Shown here: positions 17,128 to 32,100 of the stretch, one piece after another | Position numbering within the stretch: the first letter of the stretch is position 1 | Layout of the letters: each line of letters begins with the position of its first letter | From: Cenarchaeum sp. | GTDB taxonomy: Archaea; Thermoproteota; Nitrososphaeria; Nitrososphaerales; Nitrosopumilaceae | Direction: 5' to 3' | Length of the DNA stretch: 64,000 bases | NCBI GenBank assembly: GCA_963693095.2 | Contig: OY843768.1 | Coordinates: forward strand, 320,001-384,000 | The notes under the pieces: model-generated | Database searches by the model: none | Told to the model about the DNA's origin: nothing | The model's input: only the letters and a program-made list of their open reading frames with translations | Program-made: the position numbers and the translations under genes

Positions 17128-20100
17128 ATGCGTGGCGTGGTATGTGGCCTAGCGCTAGCGATCGCAGTGATCTGCATCGCTACGACGGCCGGAGACGTGA
17201 TGGCGCACACCTCTCCTGCCTTTCATGCGGTGAGGGCGTCTGGTGACGTCGGGGCAGTGGAGGACATCACGTGGAGGGGCGTCGCCTCCTCGGCCCTCTC
17301 GCACACCAACATTGGCCCCATCAACAACGCCGCCGAGTTTACGTCGCTGAGCGGCATAACTGGCGCCCTTGACCGCCTCGCGGCAGGCACTGCCCAGATA
17401 TCGCGAATCAGCTTTGATCCGGTGTTTACCACACATGCGACTGTGACGCCCACGCAGGACATATCAGAGTGGACGCTCATAGAGGGCAGTGCCGGCGACG
17501 TGAATGGCATGTGCGCCAGGGTGGGCAGCCAGGGGACACCCCGGGACATGCTCGGCGTCATTGCCGTGCGCGATGATGCGTCTGTCGTGTTTGTCCACGA
17601 GGCGCTCTCCACGACGGCCTCGCGCATGCACGCCATATACCACCCTGATGCCGCGCCGTCAGTTTCGGGAACGCAGCCCAGCTCGCGTGGCTGCGCGTAC
17701 CTTGCCGACGGCGTCTCGCCGTACATCGAGTCGGCCACGTTTACGGCCTCTAACATGATCAGTGTGACGTTCACAGAGACGGTGACCAGGAACGTGGGAA
17801 CAGGATCGATGGGCTGGTCGGTGAGCGGCCTGACCGTGTCAAACGTTGCCCACACCGGCACGACGTACACGCTCACCGTATCTGGCGCCACGTCTGGCAC
17901 GGCGTACACGATCAGCGCAGCCAATGGGATCGCCGACCTCGCCTCGCCGACGGCAAACGTGATCCGCAATGACGCCACGGCGACGGCGACATACACGGAC
18001 ACCACGCCGCCGACGTTCACGGCGCGCGTGTACAACGTCACACATGTCGCAGTAAAGTTCGACGAGCCCATACAGGGCACGACAATGGCCGCCGAGTGGG
18101 CAGTGGGCGTGATTGACGCCGACCAAACGACCCTGACTACGGCAGCGATAGCGACCACGGACGTGGGTGAGACAGATTCAACAAAGAGGTCGCGCGTCAC
18201 GATACCGCCTGACCCGCCGTTCACCGGCCTGCTGTATGTCGGGATTTTGAACTCCCTCGACCATAGTCTCAGGTGGGCGCTAACGGAGACCCCCATGGTG
18301 AGGTTTACGATGCCGTCTGGCGGGCTCTCCGACGTGGTGCCCGGCGGCACGGCCAACAGCCTGCAGACTGCAACCGTGGTCGCCTCCGCCAATGACGGAA
18401 CGGGCCCGACAGTCGCGTCTGCCGCGTTTACGGACGCCCGCACGATCACAGTCACGTTCAGCGAGGATGTCGTGTTCACCATGGCCCCTGCCGACCTGGT
18501 GCACGAGAGAAACTATGCGACAGACGACGGGTGGACGGTGACGTCGCCGAGGGGCAACCTGGCCGTGACGTCCGTCGCGCAAACTGCCACTAACGCGTAC
18601 GCGCTCACGCTGGGAGCCGACGCCGCCTTCGGCAGGGCGTACACGGTCACCCCCGACGCGCAAGTCAGTGACCTTAATGCCAATACCGTGCCCATCATAC
18701 CTCGTAGCGACCCCAGAGTCGCCATGCCATTCCCAGTGCAGGCCTACGACGGGCCGTTTGACGCCGAGACGAGGACGTCCACCACGACGCTCGTCACGTT
18801 TGCCGGCGGGAGCATCACCGCCACGCTCGACGTGGCCAACTGGGCAGTCGACGAGGCGGCCCCCGAGGCCGCCGCGAGCATTGCCATATCGAGCATCGCG
18901 ACGGTGACTGCCGACGGGACGGGCCAGGTCACCGCTACGCCGGTTGTCGGCTCGACGCCGGCAGTCACGCACGTGCTGGGATCCACGCCCGCAGTCACGT
19001 CGCTGCTTATCACGCACGAAGATCTCGACTCCACGGCCTCCACGCCCATAGTCACGTACACGCGCCCGGCGTCCGGCGGCCTGGTGGCCGGCACGACTGC
19101 CGTGCCGGCAGGCCCCGTTGACGCCGCAGACGGCGTTCCGCCCGAGCTTGACGACGGCGACTCGCTGAATATGCGAACAAGGGAGAACAGTCTGAGTCCA
19201 AGAATGCCAATTGCGCCGGCCGGCCTGAGCAGCGACGGCCCTGAAGGCGTGTGGGTGCGCATAAATCCCACCGAGCCTCTCTATGCGGCGGGCAGGCTCA
19301 TCCAAAATGACTTCGCTACCGGTGGCGCCGGCGACGCCGTTGCGCCCGCCGACATCAAGTTCTTCCCCGGCACGGACTCTGAGGTGACGGGTCAGCGCGC
19401 CGCAGACGCCGGTGATGGGAATTACAACTATTCGCACAGTGTCGTGGGTACATCGCCAGAGGGCCCCGTCACGTTCGAGCTCACGGTGCGCGACGCCGCC
19501 GGCAACGCCGCGACGTTCACGCACGATGACCTCACGACAGGGGCGACTGACGATAACGGCATCGCCATACCGAACGCGGGATACCGCGTGAGCATCGACA
19601 CGACCGCCCCCACGGTCATGTCCTCCGCGTTCACCGATACGGACGAGCTCACCATCACGTTTAGCGAGCACCTGGCGGCGCTTGATCCAGCAGCCGAATC
19701 GAAGTTTAGCGTGGTGGCGGTTCCGACAGACGTTAATATGTACCCCACAACGATCCCCGGCGGCACCGTGACCCTCACCGGCTCGGCCGTCTATGCCGAG
19801 CAGGCCACCACCTCGACAGTCACACTCATGCTGGCCTCGGCCTCGGCGCCCGGCACGGTTCACACGGTCCAGCTACCCGACAACATAGTCGATGACGCAC
19901 TCAACCGGCTCGCCGCTAGCGCTACGGCGAGCGCGAGTCGCACGGTATCGGACATGACGGCGCCGGTCGCAAGCTCGATAGCCTTCCGGGTGTACGACGG
20001 CACGCCGGACGCCGGCACGCTAAAGTCCGGCGACAGCAAGCTGCTCGCAAGCGACGGGGACACGATCCGCCTGATACTGACGCTCAACGAGGCCGCGGCC

Positions 20101-23100
20101 GGCACGCCGACGATAGAGGTGGTCGGCAGGACGCCGGCGGGGACCGCGATGGGCGACAACGGTGACGGTATGGACACGACGTGGCACCACGACCTGCTCG
20201 TGACGTCCTCCTCGGGCGAGGCGGCCTATACGTTCACGATCAAGGCCGCTGACGCGGCGAACAACATGGCGACCATAACGCGGACCGCCGGCCTAGACAC
20301 GGGAGTCACCGTCACCGTGCCGACCATAGACCTGACTGCGCCGACGCTCTCCTCGGCGGCCACGGCGACGACGGGCACGCTGACTGTCACGCTCTCCGAG
20401 GCAGTCACGGGAGCCGGCGTCATCGCCAAGTGGTCTGCAGAGGACGGCGCGACGGAGGCTGCGATCTCCAACGTCGACGTCTCGGGCAGCACGATAACGC
20501 TCACTTACGCGACGATCGACGACACGTCATTTGCGCCGACAGTCAAGTACACGGGCACGGGCCTGGCCGACTTGGCCGGCAACGCCATAACGCTTGATGC
20601 CACAACGTTAGATGCCACGGTAGCTGCCACTGACGCCCTGAGGCCGACGATAGCGCTCGTCACGTTTACGGCCTCCAACATGATCAGTGTGACGTTCACA
20701 GAGACGGTGACCAGGAACGTGGGAACAGGATCGATGGGCTGGTCAGTGAGCGGCCTGACCGTGTCAAAGGTTGAGCACACCGGCACGACGTACACGCTCA
20801 CCGTATCTGGCGCCACGTCTGGCACGTCGTACACGATCAGCGCAGCCAATGGGATCGCCGACCTCGTCTCGCCGACGGCAAACGTGATCCGCAATGACGC
20901 CATGGCGATGGTGATATACACGGACACCACGCCGCCAACGTTCAGCGCAAGCCTCACGTCTGCGAACACCGTGACGATCACGTTTGACGAGAATGTCAGC
21001 GGCACGACGGCGCCGGCCGAGTGGACCGTCGCCGGCTCGACAGTCAGCACGGTCGCGCCCTCCTCGCCGTCCTCAGTCGACGAGATCGTCCTCACGCTGT
21101 CGGCCTCGCGCGTGGGCACTGCACTGGCCGACCCGGACGGTGATGGCCCGCTCGAGGAGATCACGCAGGGAAGCGTGGTCTATACGCGCCCCGCGACCGA
21201 CTCGGCGACTGCGTCTAACACGCTTGCCGACGGCGTCGGCAACGACCTCGCCGCCGCCGGCAGGACGGCTGCGGCCACGGCAGTGACTGACGGCGCGCCA
21301 CCGACGGCCAGGGCGGCCTTTTTGGGCAGCGCGATCGTCATCCTGTTCAGCGAGCCGGTCAACGGCGTGCCGGGTACGCTGCAGGTCACGCAGCCGGGCG
21401 CGTCGGCCGGCCCGCTTGGGGCAGACCACGCCGACGGCACCGCCAGGGCGTCAGTCACGATCTCCTCGCCGTCTGCCGGCGAGTACTCTGTCGCGCTGCC
21501 CACGGGCATAGACGACGCCTCGGACAACGAGCTCGCCGCTGCCTCCGTGACTGCCACGTACGCGGCGGACACGACTGCGCCGACGTTCAGGGCCGAGCTG
21601 ACCTCGGCGGAGACCGTGAGGATCATCTTTGACGAGGCCGTCTTTGGCGTGACTGCCGGCTCCGAGTGGGCAGTCGCCGGCTCGAGCGTCAGCACTGCGG
21701 TGCCGTCCTCGCCCTTTGACGCCACAGAGATCGTCCTCACGCTAGACGACGCGGAGCGCCGCCCCTACACCAGCCTGGCCGACCCAGACGGTGCTGGCGA
21801 CCTGACTGCGATCACCGCGGCGAGCGTGGTCTATACGCGCCCGTCGACGGGTGATGACACGCTCCGGAACTCGGCGGAGCTCCGCCTTGCAGCCGCCGCC
21901 GGCGGCTCGACGGCTGCCACGGCCATCGCCGACAAGGCCCCGCCGACGTTCACGGCGCGCACGTTGACGACGGCGACGATAGCCGTCACGTTCAGCGAGA
22001 CGATACACAACACGGGTTCACACAGTAATCACACCCCCTACCGAGCCGTGGGGAACTGGGCCGTGGACGGCGCCCCGCCGAGCGGCCTGGCCGCGGCCAA
22101 CGTTACGCAGGGCGGCGCTACATACACGGTCTTTACGCTCACCGTGGCGACCCTTGGCGTGGACGACATGCCCACGGTCACCTATACCCGCCCCGCCTCC
22201 AGATACCTCGCCGACGCGGTGCAGGGTCAAGGTGCCCCTCAATTCGACAATGACAGGAACAACCCTGTCATGGACGGCGCGTCGGCGATCGCCGCCGACG
22301 GCATAGCCGCCACGGCTGGCCCCTTCACGGCCGCCACGAGGAGCCTCACTACGACGCTCGTGGAGTTTGACGGCGGCGCGCTGGCCGGCACGCTCGACGT
22401 GACGGACTGGACGGTCACCGACAACGACACCGGCTCGGCCGACGCGGAGCTGATTATATCGAGCGTGGCGACTGTGGTAGGGGACGGGCAGACGCCGGTC
22501 ACGGCTACGCCGGAGACCTCGGCGGGAGCAGGTGACGCGGTAACGCCGGCCATACCGTCGAGTCCTGCGTCCACGCAGCTCCTCATCACGCACGCGCCGC
22601 TCTCCTCGACGGCGGCCACGCCGCGCGTCGCGTACGCCGACGGCGATCTCAAGGAGGGCGGCACCGGCGGCTCTGACGTCGCCGACGGCGGCGCCGAGGC
22701 GACCGACGGCGTGCCGCCGCTGGCGACTGCGATGTCCTTCACGGTGTTCAACGGCCCCGCGTCCTTCGGCCATACAAAGTCCGGCGCCTCCGAGCTTCAC
22801 GCAAGGCTCACCGACACGGTTCGCATCCTGCTCACGCTCAACGAGGCGATCACCGCGAGGCCAGTCCTCACCGGGGGCGGTGTCTCGAGCGTCCAAATGA
22901 ACGCCGTTCCAGGGGACACCACCATGTGGACGTACGACCTGTCCGTGGGGGCAGCGACGCCCGAGGGCACGCTGGCGCTCTCGATATCGGTCACCGACGG
23001 CACGGCGACCGGCACGATAACGACGGCGTCAGGCATGGTGGCCGAGTCGGGCTTTGCGACCGGCAGCATGGCCGACGACCTGCCCGTCGTGGACAGGACT

Positions 23101-26100
23101 CCTCCGACGCTCCAGGACGCGGAGTTTGTGGGCAATGACATCGTCCTCACGCTCGACGAGGACGTCACGATCGCCGGCGGCATCGTGGTCACGCCGCCGT
23201 CTGGAAGCGTGGCGGTGTACGTGGCGACTGCGAGCGGCATGACTGTCACCGTCGAGGTCGGCGCTTCGGTGGAAGGGGGCTATCTCGTATATGTGCCGGC
23301 CACGATCCAAGACCTCGCCGGCAACGTGTTTGTGGCCGTGCAGAGGACGGTGCAGTACGTGACGCCGGACACCACGGCGCCGGTCGCAAGCTCGATAGCC
23401 TTCGAGGTGTACGACGGCACGCCGGATGCCGGCACGCTAAAGTCCGGCGACAGCGCGCTGCGCGCAAGCGACGGGGACACGATCCGCCTGATACTGACGC
23501 TCAACGAGGCCGCGGCCGGCACGCCGACGATAGAGGTGGACGGCCGGACGCCGGCGGGGACCGCGATGGGCGACAACGGCGACGCGCTGGCCACGACGTG
23601 GCACCACGACCTGCTCGTGACGTCCTCCTCGGGCGAGGCGGCCTTTACGTTCACGATCAAGGCCGCTGACGCGGCGAACAACATGGCGACCATAACGCGG
23701 ACCGCCGGCCTAGACACGGGAGTCACCGTCACCGTGCCGACCATAGACCTCACGGCACCCACGGCCACTGCGGAGTTCAGGGCAGTCAGAACGCTCGTCA
23801 TCATGCTCAGCGAGGCACTCGCCGGCACGGTATCGGCTATAGGGGGCTATACGTACGACGTGACGGTGCCAGACGCCGGCTCGGACGGCAACCCAGATGT
23901 CGTCCCCCTGAACAGCGCCATCCCGCCCGCCTATGACGCCACGGCCCGCACGATCACGCTCACGCTCGCCGGTGACGCCGCACCGTCCATCGTGCACACC
24001 GTCAAGCTGCCGGCACTGCTGGCCGACCTTGCAGGCAACGCGTTTGCCTCGCCGGCCGAGGTGACTGCGACGTACACGCCGCCGGCCACGCCTCCGCTCG
24101 CCACGTCAATATCGTTCAGGGTGTACGGCGACACTGACACCGGCGCCGACGACACGCTGGACCTCACGACGCTAAAGTCTGGCCCCACTGCGCTCATCGC
24201 CCGTGCAGGTGACACTATACGCCTCGCGCTCGAGCTCGACGAGGACCATCACGCCACGGCGCCGACAATAACGCTTGCCGGGAGGGGAGTCACGGGGGCG
24301 GCCATGGCAGACGCAGGCGATGACAGCCCGCGGACGTGGATATATGACCTGGCCGTGGCGCAGGGGACATCCGAGACCACAGCGCTTACGCCATTTGCAT
24401 TTTCGATCGCAGTCAGGGACATAGCGTCAGAGCCGAACACGATAACTGCGACGTCGGGACACGACGGCACGATTGCGGTGAGCCTTCCGACCATAGACCT
24501 GACCGGACCTGTGTTTGACGCCAACGCGCCCCCCGCGTTCACCATGGACGACAAAATAACGCTCACGTTCAACGAGGCCATTGATCCGGTGGAGGCAGTA
24601 AAGCCGACGAGGTACACCGTCACGTCAGGCGGCAGCAGCGTCGCGCTGTCGACTGCCACGCCGCCGTCGCACTCTGGAGGCCCGCCGGCGACGGTGGTCC
24701 TGACGCTGGCCACGCCTGCCACCGTGCCCGGCACCGAGTACACGGTCTCGACGACCGTTCCGGACATCGTTGGCAACGCCGCCTCGGCCACGGCCACGCC
24801 GACATATGCCGTGACGACACTGCTGTCGGCCAGGACGGCCTCCTCCACGCTAACGGTCGTCACGCTCTCGCACCCCGTGACGGGATCCGGCTCGCCGGGA
24901 TCATGGACGATCGACGGCAGCCTGGCCGGAGAGGAGCCGATGCCGGCCACGGGCATCGCCTCGGGTGCTGTCACGGGCGTCACGGCGGGCACCGCGGCGG
25001 TGCCGATAGCCTCCAACACGATCACGCTCCTCCACGGCGAGCTCTCGACGGCCTCGACGCCAAGGGTGACGTACGCGATGGGCACGGACACGCTCTCAGC
25101 GCCAGTCGGCCAGCTGGTGACAGACGCCACGGGAGTCACCGCCACAGACGGCGCGCCGCCGCGCGTGGTCGCCGCAGCGCTAGTCGACTCGCCGCTGGCC
25201 ACACAATCCAATCCTCGCCCCAAGGCAGTGGAGCTCACGTTCTCCGAGGCGGTGAACGCGCCGGCCGCATCGGCGTTTGCGCTATATACGGAGCCCACGG
25301 GCACGACGGCTGCCGCCTCGATCACCTCGGCGACGCGCTCCTCTCCTAGCGGCGGGGTGGCAAACTCTGTTCTCACCCTGGAGCGAGACGACGTTATCGC
25401 GAGCGTGCAGCCGCGCTACCTGCACATCTCCCCGACACTGCTGACGGACATGGCAATGGTGCCGGTGCCGTACGGCACTGCCCCGAGGATTCCGGTCTCA
25501 GAAGGCGCAACGACGCGGGTTGACTGGTGGATTGTCAGCCCTAGGCAAATAACGGTTCAGTTCCACGAGAGGCTAGACAACGATCCGCCGTTGGGTCCGG
25601 AGAGCTTTACAGTTCGAGTTTCCCGCGATGGGAGCAATGTCGTGCTGCCGTTTGCATCAACAAACCCCGTCATGTATGATGACGCCACGCGCACACTCAG
25701 GCTCATGATGGACGACGACCTTTCCTCCTCGGTTACCGTGCTCTACACCATAACAAAGCTTGGCAGCACGCCTTTCTCAGGCTCTCGCTTTCTCGCCTAC
25801 GAGCCACTATTTTCGGCAATGACCACTAGCGCCAACACGGCCAGGCTCACGCTTGCTACTGGTGCGAACTTCAGTGGGAACATGGCTGTCAGCGTGGCTG
25901 CCAGCGACTTTAGCGTCACTGAATCTGATGGCGCGACCTCAATTGCCGTCACCGGCATCTCTGCTGACGGTGTGAGCTTTTCGCCCTCGGCGACGCTCGA
26001 GCGCCCCCTTCGGAATTTTCACCTGCAATTCGACGCCGACCTTGCCTCGACTGCCTCGACTCCGGATGTGACATACACGCCTTCTGGGGATAGCGCCATC

Positions 26101-29100
26101 GCTAGAGACTTTCTCACACCTCCAACGTGGACGGCACCGGCATCAGACGGTGCGCCTCCGTCCATCGGGGACTCTGGGTTTATGGGTCCGACAAAGATAC
26201 GACTCGAGTTCACCGAGGCCCTTGATCAGGTCGAGGCCGTAAAGCCGACAAACTATGCCGTCACGTCAGGGGGCAGCCCAGTTGCGCTTGATGCCGCCAC
26301 GCCGCCGTCGTATGCCGACGGCCCGCCGGCGAGCGTCACGCTGACCCTTGATGATGACGCCGTGGACGGTACAGTGTACACGGTCACGCCGTCACGGAGC
26401 ATCACTGATGTCAACTCTGTCGCGTACGGGGGCAGTGGGGAGGACGTGACATACACGCCCACGCCGCCGCTCGCCACGTCAATATCGTTCAGGGTGTATG
26501 GTGACACCGACACTGGCGCCGGCGACACGCTGAACCTCTCGACGCTAAAGTCTGGCGACAGTGCGCTCATCGCCCGTGCAGGCGACACCATACGCCTCGC
26601 GCTCGAGCTCAGCGAGGACCACCGCGCCACGGCACCGACAATAACGCTTGCCGGAAGGGGAGTCACGGGGGCGGCCATGGCAGACGCAGGCGATGACAGC
26701 CCACGGACGTGGATATATGACCTGGCCGTGGCGCGGGGTTCCGCCGAGACCACAGAGTCCGCACCGTTTGCCTTTTCGATCGTCGCCACGGATGCCACAT
26801 CAGAGACTAGCACAATAACTGCGACGTCAGGACACGACGGCACGATAGCGGTGAGCCTGCCGACCATAGACCTGACCGGACCCATGTTTGATGCCAACGT
26901 GCCCCCAATGTTCAGCACGGACGACAAAATAACACTCACGTTCACCGAGGCCATTGATCCGGTGGAGGCAGTAAATCCGGCGAGATACACCATCGCGTCA
27001 GGAGGCAGCAGCGTTGCGCTGTCGACTGCCACGCCGCCGTCGCACTCTGGAGGCCCGCCGGCGACGGTGGTCCTGACGCTGGCCACGCCGGCCACCGTGT
27101 CGGGCACAGAGTACACCGTGTTGACGACCGTTCCGGACACCGTTGGCAACATCGCCTCGGTCACGTCCACGCTGACATATGGCGTGCCGACACTGCTGTC
27201 GGCCAGGACGGCCTCCTCCACGCTAACAGTCGTCACGCTCTCGCAACCCGTGATGGGATCCGGCGCGCCGGGATCATGGACGATCGACGGCAGCCTGGCC
27301 GGCGAGGAGCCGATGCCGGCCACGGGCATCGCCTCGGGCACAGTCACGGGCGTCACGGCGGGCACCGCGGCGGTGCCCATAACCTCCAACAGGATCACGC
27401 TCCTCCACGGCGAGCTCTCAACGGCCTCGACGCCAAAGGTGACGTACGCGAGGGGCACGGACACGCTCTCCGCGCCGGCCGGCCCTCTTGCGACAGACTC
27501 CACGGGAGTCACCGCCGTAGACGGCGCGCCGCCGCGCGTCACCTCTGCGGCGCTAGTCGACTCGCCACTGGCCACGCCCTCCAGTCCGCGCCCCAAGTCA
27601 GTGGAGCTCACGTTCTCCGAGGCGGTGAACGCGCCGCCCGCATCGGCGTTTGCGCTATATGCGGCGCCCACGGGCACGACGGCTGCCGCCTCGATCACCT
27701 CAGTCGCACGCTCATCTCCTAGCGGCGGGGTGGCAAACTCTGTCCTCACGCTAGAGCGAGACGCCGTGGTGCAAAGCACGCAGCCGCGCTACCTGCACAT
27801 CTCTGCGACACTGCTGACGGACAAGGCAACGGTGCCGGTGCCCTACGGCGTTGTCCCGAGGATTCCGGTCTCTGAAGGCCTGCCGACGCTGGCCAACTCG
27901 TGGATTTCAGGCCCCAGGCACATATCGCTCCAGTTCAACGAGCGTCTGGACAACGATCCGCCGATGGCTCCCGGCAGCTTTACGGTCACCACCGCCAGTG
28001 ACATGCCAACGCCCATATCGCTTGCCCCAACAGACCCCGTCGCGTATGATGACGCCACGCGCACAGTCAGGCTCACGCTGGCCAATGACCTCTCTGGCTC
28101 GTCACTAATTGTCACCCCCGCTGTCACAAAGCTTGGAAGCGCGGGCAGCTATTCCACTTCGCGCACGATCAGCGGATACACGCTGCTCTTTTCGGCCACG
28201 ACCACTAGCGTCAACACAGTCATGCTCACGCTTGCCAGTGGCCTGGGCGGAAGCGTGGCTGCCGGCGAGTTTGGGGCCATTGACGCCGGTGGCGCTGCCC
28301 TGATTGCGGCCAACGGCGTGTCCACTGACGGCATAACATTTGCCGGCTCTACGCAGCTCTCGGGCACGACGCTTCACCTGCGGCTAGGCTCCGACCTTGC
28401 CTCGACTGGCTCGACTCCCGAGGTGACGTACACGGCCCCGTCATCTGCGGGCATCACTGCCTTGACTAGCATACCGATAACGTGGACGGCCGTGGCGTCT
28501 GACGGCGTGCCTCCATCCATCGAGAACTCTAGGTTTATGGGCCCGACAAAGATACGCCTCGAGTTCAACGAGGCCCTTGATCCGCTGCAGGCGGTAAATC
28601 CGGCGAGATACACCGTCACGTCAGGGGGCAGCCCAGTTGCGCTGGATGCCGCCACGCCGCCGTCGTACGCCGACGGCCCGCCGGCGAGCGTCACGCTGAC
28701 CCTGCCCGGCAACGCCGTGGACGGGACGGTGTACACGGTCACGCCGTCACAGAGCCTCACTGATGCCAACTCTGTCGCGTACGGGGGCAGTGGGGAGGAC
28801 GTGACGTACACGGCCATGCCGCCGCTCGCCACGTCAATATCCTTCAGGGTGTACGGCGACACCGACACGGACGGCGCTGGCACGGCCGACACGCTGGACC
28901 TCTCGACGCTAAAGTCTGGCGCCACTGCGCTCATCGCCAGTGCGGGTGACACCATACGCCTCGCGCTCGAGCTCGACGAGGACCACCATGCCACGGCGCC
29001 GACAATAACGCTTGCCGGAAGGGGAGTCACTGGGGCGGCCATGGCAGACGCAGGCGATGACAACCCGCGGACGTGGATATATGACCTGGCCGTGGCGCAG

Positions 29101-32100
29101 GGTTCCGTCGAGACCACAGATTCCGCACCGTTTGACTTTTCGATCGTCGCCACGGATGTCACATCCGAGACTAGCACAATAACTGCGACATCGGGGCACG
29201 ACGGCACGATATCGGTGAGCCTGCCGACCATAGACCTGACCGGACCTGTGTTTGACGCCAACGCGCCCCCCGCGTTCACCATGGACGACAAAATAACACT
29301 CACGTTCAACGAGGCCATTGATCCGGCAGAGGCAGTAAAGCCGGCGAGGTACACCGTCACGTCCGGCGGCAGCAGCGTTGCGCTGTCGACTGCCACGCCG
29401 CCGTCGCACTCTGGCGGCCCGCCGGCGACGGTGGTCCTCACGCTGGCCACGCCGGCCACCGTGCCCGGCACCGTGTACACGGTCTCGACGACCGTTCCGG
29501 ACATCGTTGGCAACGCCGCCTCGGCCACGGCCACGCTGACATATGGATTGCCGACGATACTGTCGGCCAGGACGGCCTCCCCCACGCTAACGGTCGTCAC
29601 GCTCTCGCAACCCGTGACGGGATCCGGCTCGCCGGGTTCATGGACGATCGACGGCAGCATTGCCGGAGAGGAGCCGATGTCGGCCACGGGCATCGCCCCA
29701 GGCGAAGTCACGAGCGTCACGGCGGGCACCGCGGCGGTGCCCATAGCCTCCAACAGGATAACGCTCCTCCACGGCGAGCTCTCGGCGGCCTCGACGCCAA
29801 AGGTGACGTACGCGAGGGGCACGGACACGCTCTCCACGCCAGTCGGTCCGCTGGCGACAGACGCCACGGGAGTCACTGCCGTTGACGGCACGCCGCCGCG
29901 CGTCGTCGCCGCAGCGCTAGTCGACTCGCCGCTGGCCACGCCCTCCAATCCGCGCCCCAAGGCAGTGGAGCTCACGTTCTCCGAGGCGGTGAACGCACCG
30001 GCAGCATCGGCGTTTGCGATGTACACAGAGCCCACGGGCACGACGGCTGCCGCCTCGATCACCTCGGTGACGCGCTCCTCTCCTAGCGGCGGGGTGGCAA
30101 ACTCTGTCCTCACGCTAGAGCGGGACGCCGTTGTCGAGAGCGCGCAGCCGCGCTACCTGCACATCTCCCCGACACTTTTGACGGACAGGGCAACGGTGCC
30201 GGTGCCCTACGGCACTGTCCCGAGGATTCCGGTCTCTGAAGGCCTGCCGACGCTGGCCCACTCGTGGATCTCTGGCATCAGGCAAATATCGCTCCAGTTC
30301 AACGAGCGGCTGGACAGCGATCCGCCGTTGGGTCCGGAGAGCTTTAGGGTTGTAATTTCCCGTGCGGGCATTGTCGAACTGCCGCTTGCCTCGACAAGTC
30401 CCGTTATGTATGACGACGCCACGCGCACAGTCAGGCTCGTGATGGCCGAAGACATTCCCCAGCAGACAACTAGGGTGTATCCCGCCGTGGCCAAGCTTGG
30501 CAGCACGGGGACTTTCTCAGACTTTACCCAGATCCCACCTACCTCATTTCTCTTCTCGGCCACTACCACTAGCGTCAGCACAGTCAGGCTCCTGATGGAA
30601 GGCAGCCTGGACGGGAGCGTGGCTGCCGGCGAGTTTAGCGTCACTGACTCTGGTGGCGCTACTCCAATCGCCGTCAGCGGCGTCTCCTCTGACGGTGTGA
30701 ACTTTTTCTCCTCCGCGGCGAGCTCCAACAAGTTTGTTTACCTGCAACTCAGATCAGACCTTGCCTCAACTGGCTCGACTCCGGATGCGACATACACGCA
30801 TTCTGTGGATACCGCCCTCACTAGCCAGATCGCCATACCTAGAACGTGGACGGCAACGGCATCAGACGGCGTGCCTCCATCCATCGAGAACTCTGAGTTT
30901 CTGAGCCCAAAAAAGATACGCCTCGAGTTCACCGAGGCCCTTGATCAGGTCGAGGCCGTAAAGCCGGCAAACTATGCCGTCACGTCCGGCGGCAGCCCAG
31001 TTGCGCTGGATGGCTCCACGCCGCCGTCGTATGCCGACGGCCCGCCGGCGAGCGTCACGCTGACCCTGGCCAACAACGCCGTGGGCGGGACGCTGCACAC
31101 GGTCACGCCGTCACGGAGCATCACTGATGCCAACTCTATCGCGTACGGCGGCGATGGCGTGGACGCAACGTCCCCCGTGACAGACGCGATTGCCCCTACG
31201 GCCACTGTAGAGTTCACCGAGGCTGACACGATAGTGATCAAGCTGTCTGAGGCGCTGTCCAACACGCGCTCTGACATAGAGGGCTATACGTATACCGTGA
31301 TGAGGGGGAGCACCACAGTCGCGCTGGCCACGGCTGATCTGTCGGCCACGCCGCAGGTAAGGCCAGTCGTTTACAATGCGGCCGAGCGCACGATCACGCT
31401 CACGCTGGCCGACGCCGCGACTCCTGACGTGTTCCATGTCGTGACGCTGCCGTCGAGCCTGACTGACCTGGCAGGCAACGCGCTTGCGATGTCCAGGGTC
31501 TCTGTGATATATGCCACGCCGTACCCGCTCGCCACGTCAATATTGTTCAGGGTGTACGACGACACTGACATGGGAGCCGGCGACACGCTGGACCTCATGA
31601 CGCTAAGGTCCGGCGCGCTAGTTGCGGGTGCGGGCGACACGATACGCCTTGTGCTCACGCTAAACGAGAATCACCATTCTGATGCGCCGAGGATAACGCT
31701 GGCCGGAAGGGGCGTCACCAACGAGGCGATGGACAACGCAGGCGATAGTGACGCGAGGACGTGGATATACGATCTCGCAGTGACGGAGACGACTGTTGCC
31801 ACCTCAACGTCCGCACCATTCGAATTTTCGATCGCAGTGCAGGATGACGACACGATGCCCAACATGGGCACGATAACAGAATCCACCGGCCATGCCGGCA
31901 CGATGCGCATAGACCTGCCGACCATAGACCTGACCGGACCGGAGCTTGACGCCGATGCGCCAGCGGTGTTCACCACGGCCAGCGCCATAACGCTCACATT
32001 CAACGAGGCCCTTGATCCGACGGAGGCAGTAAAGCCGGAGAGATACACCGTCACGTCAGGCGGCAGCAGCGTCGCGCTGTCGACTGCCACGCCGCCGTTG

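Noticed and set aside
16781-17128. tRNA-anchored integrative element carrying the giant gene
   Set aside because: The gene lies on the 5' side of the tRNA, no integrase or duplicated tRNA 3' end is visible, and the gene's GC bias is host-like.
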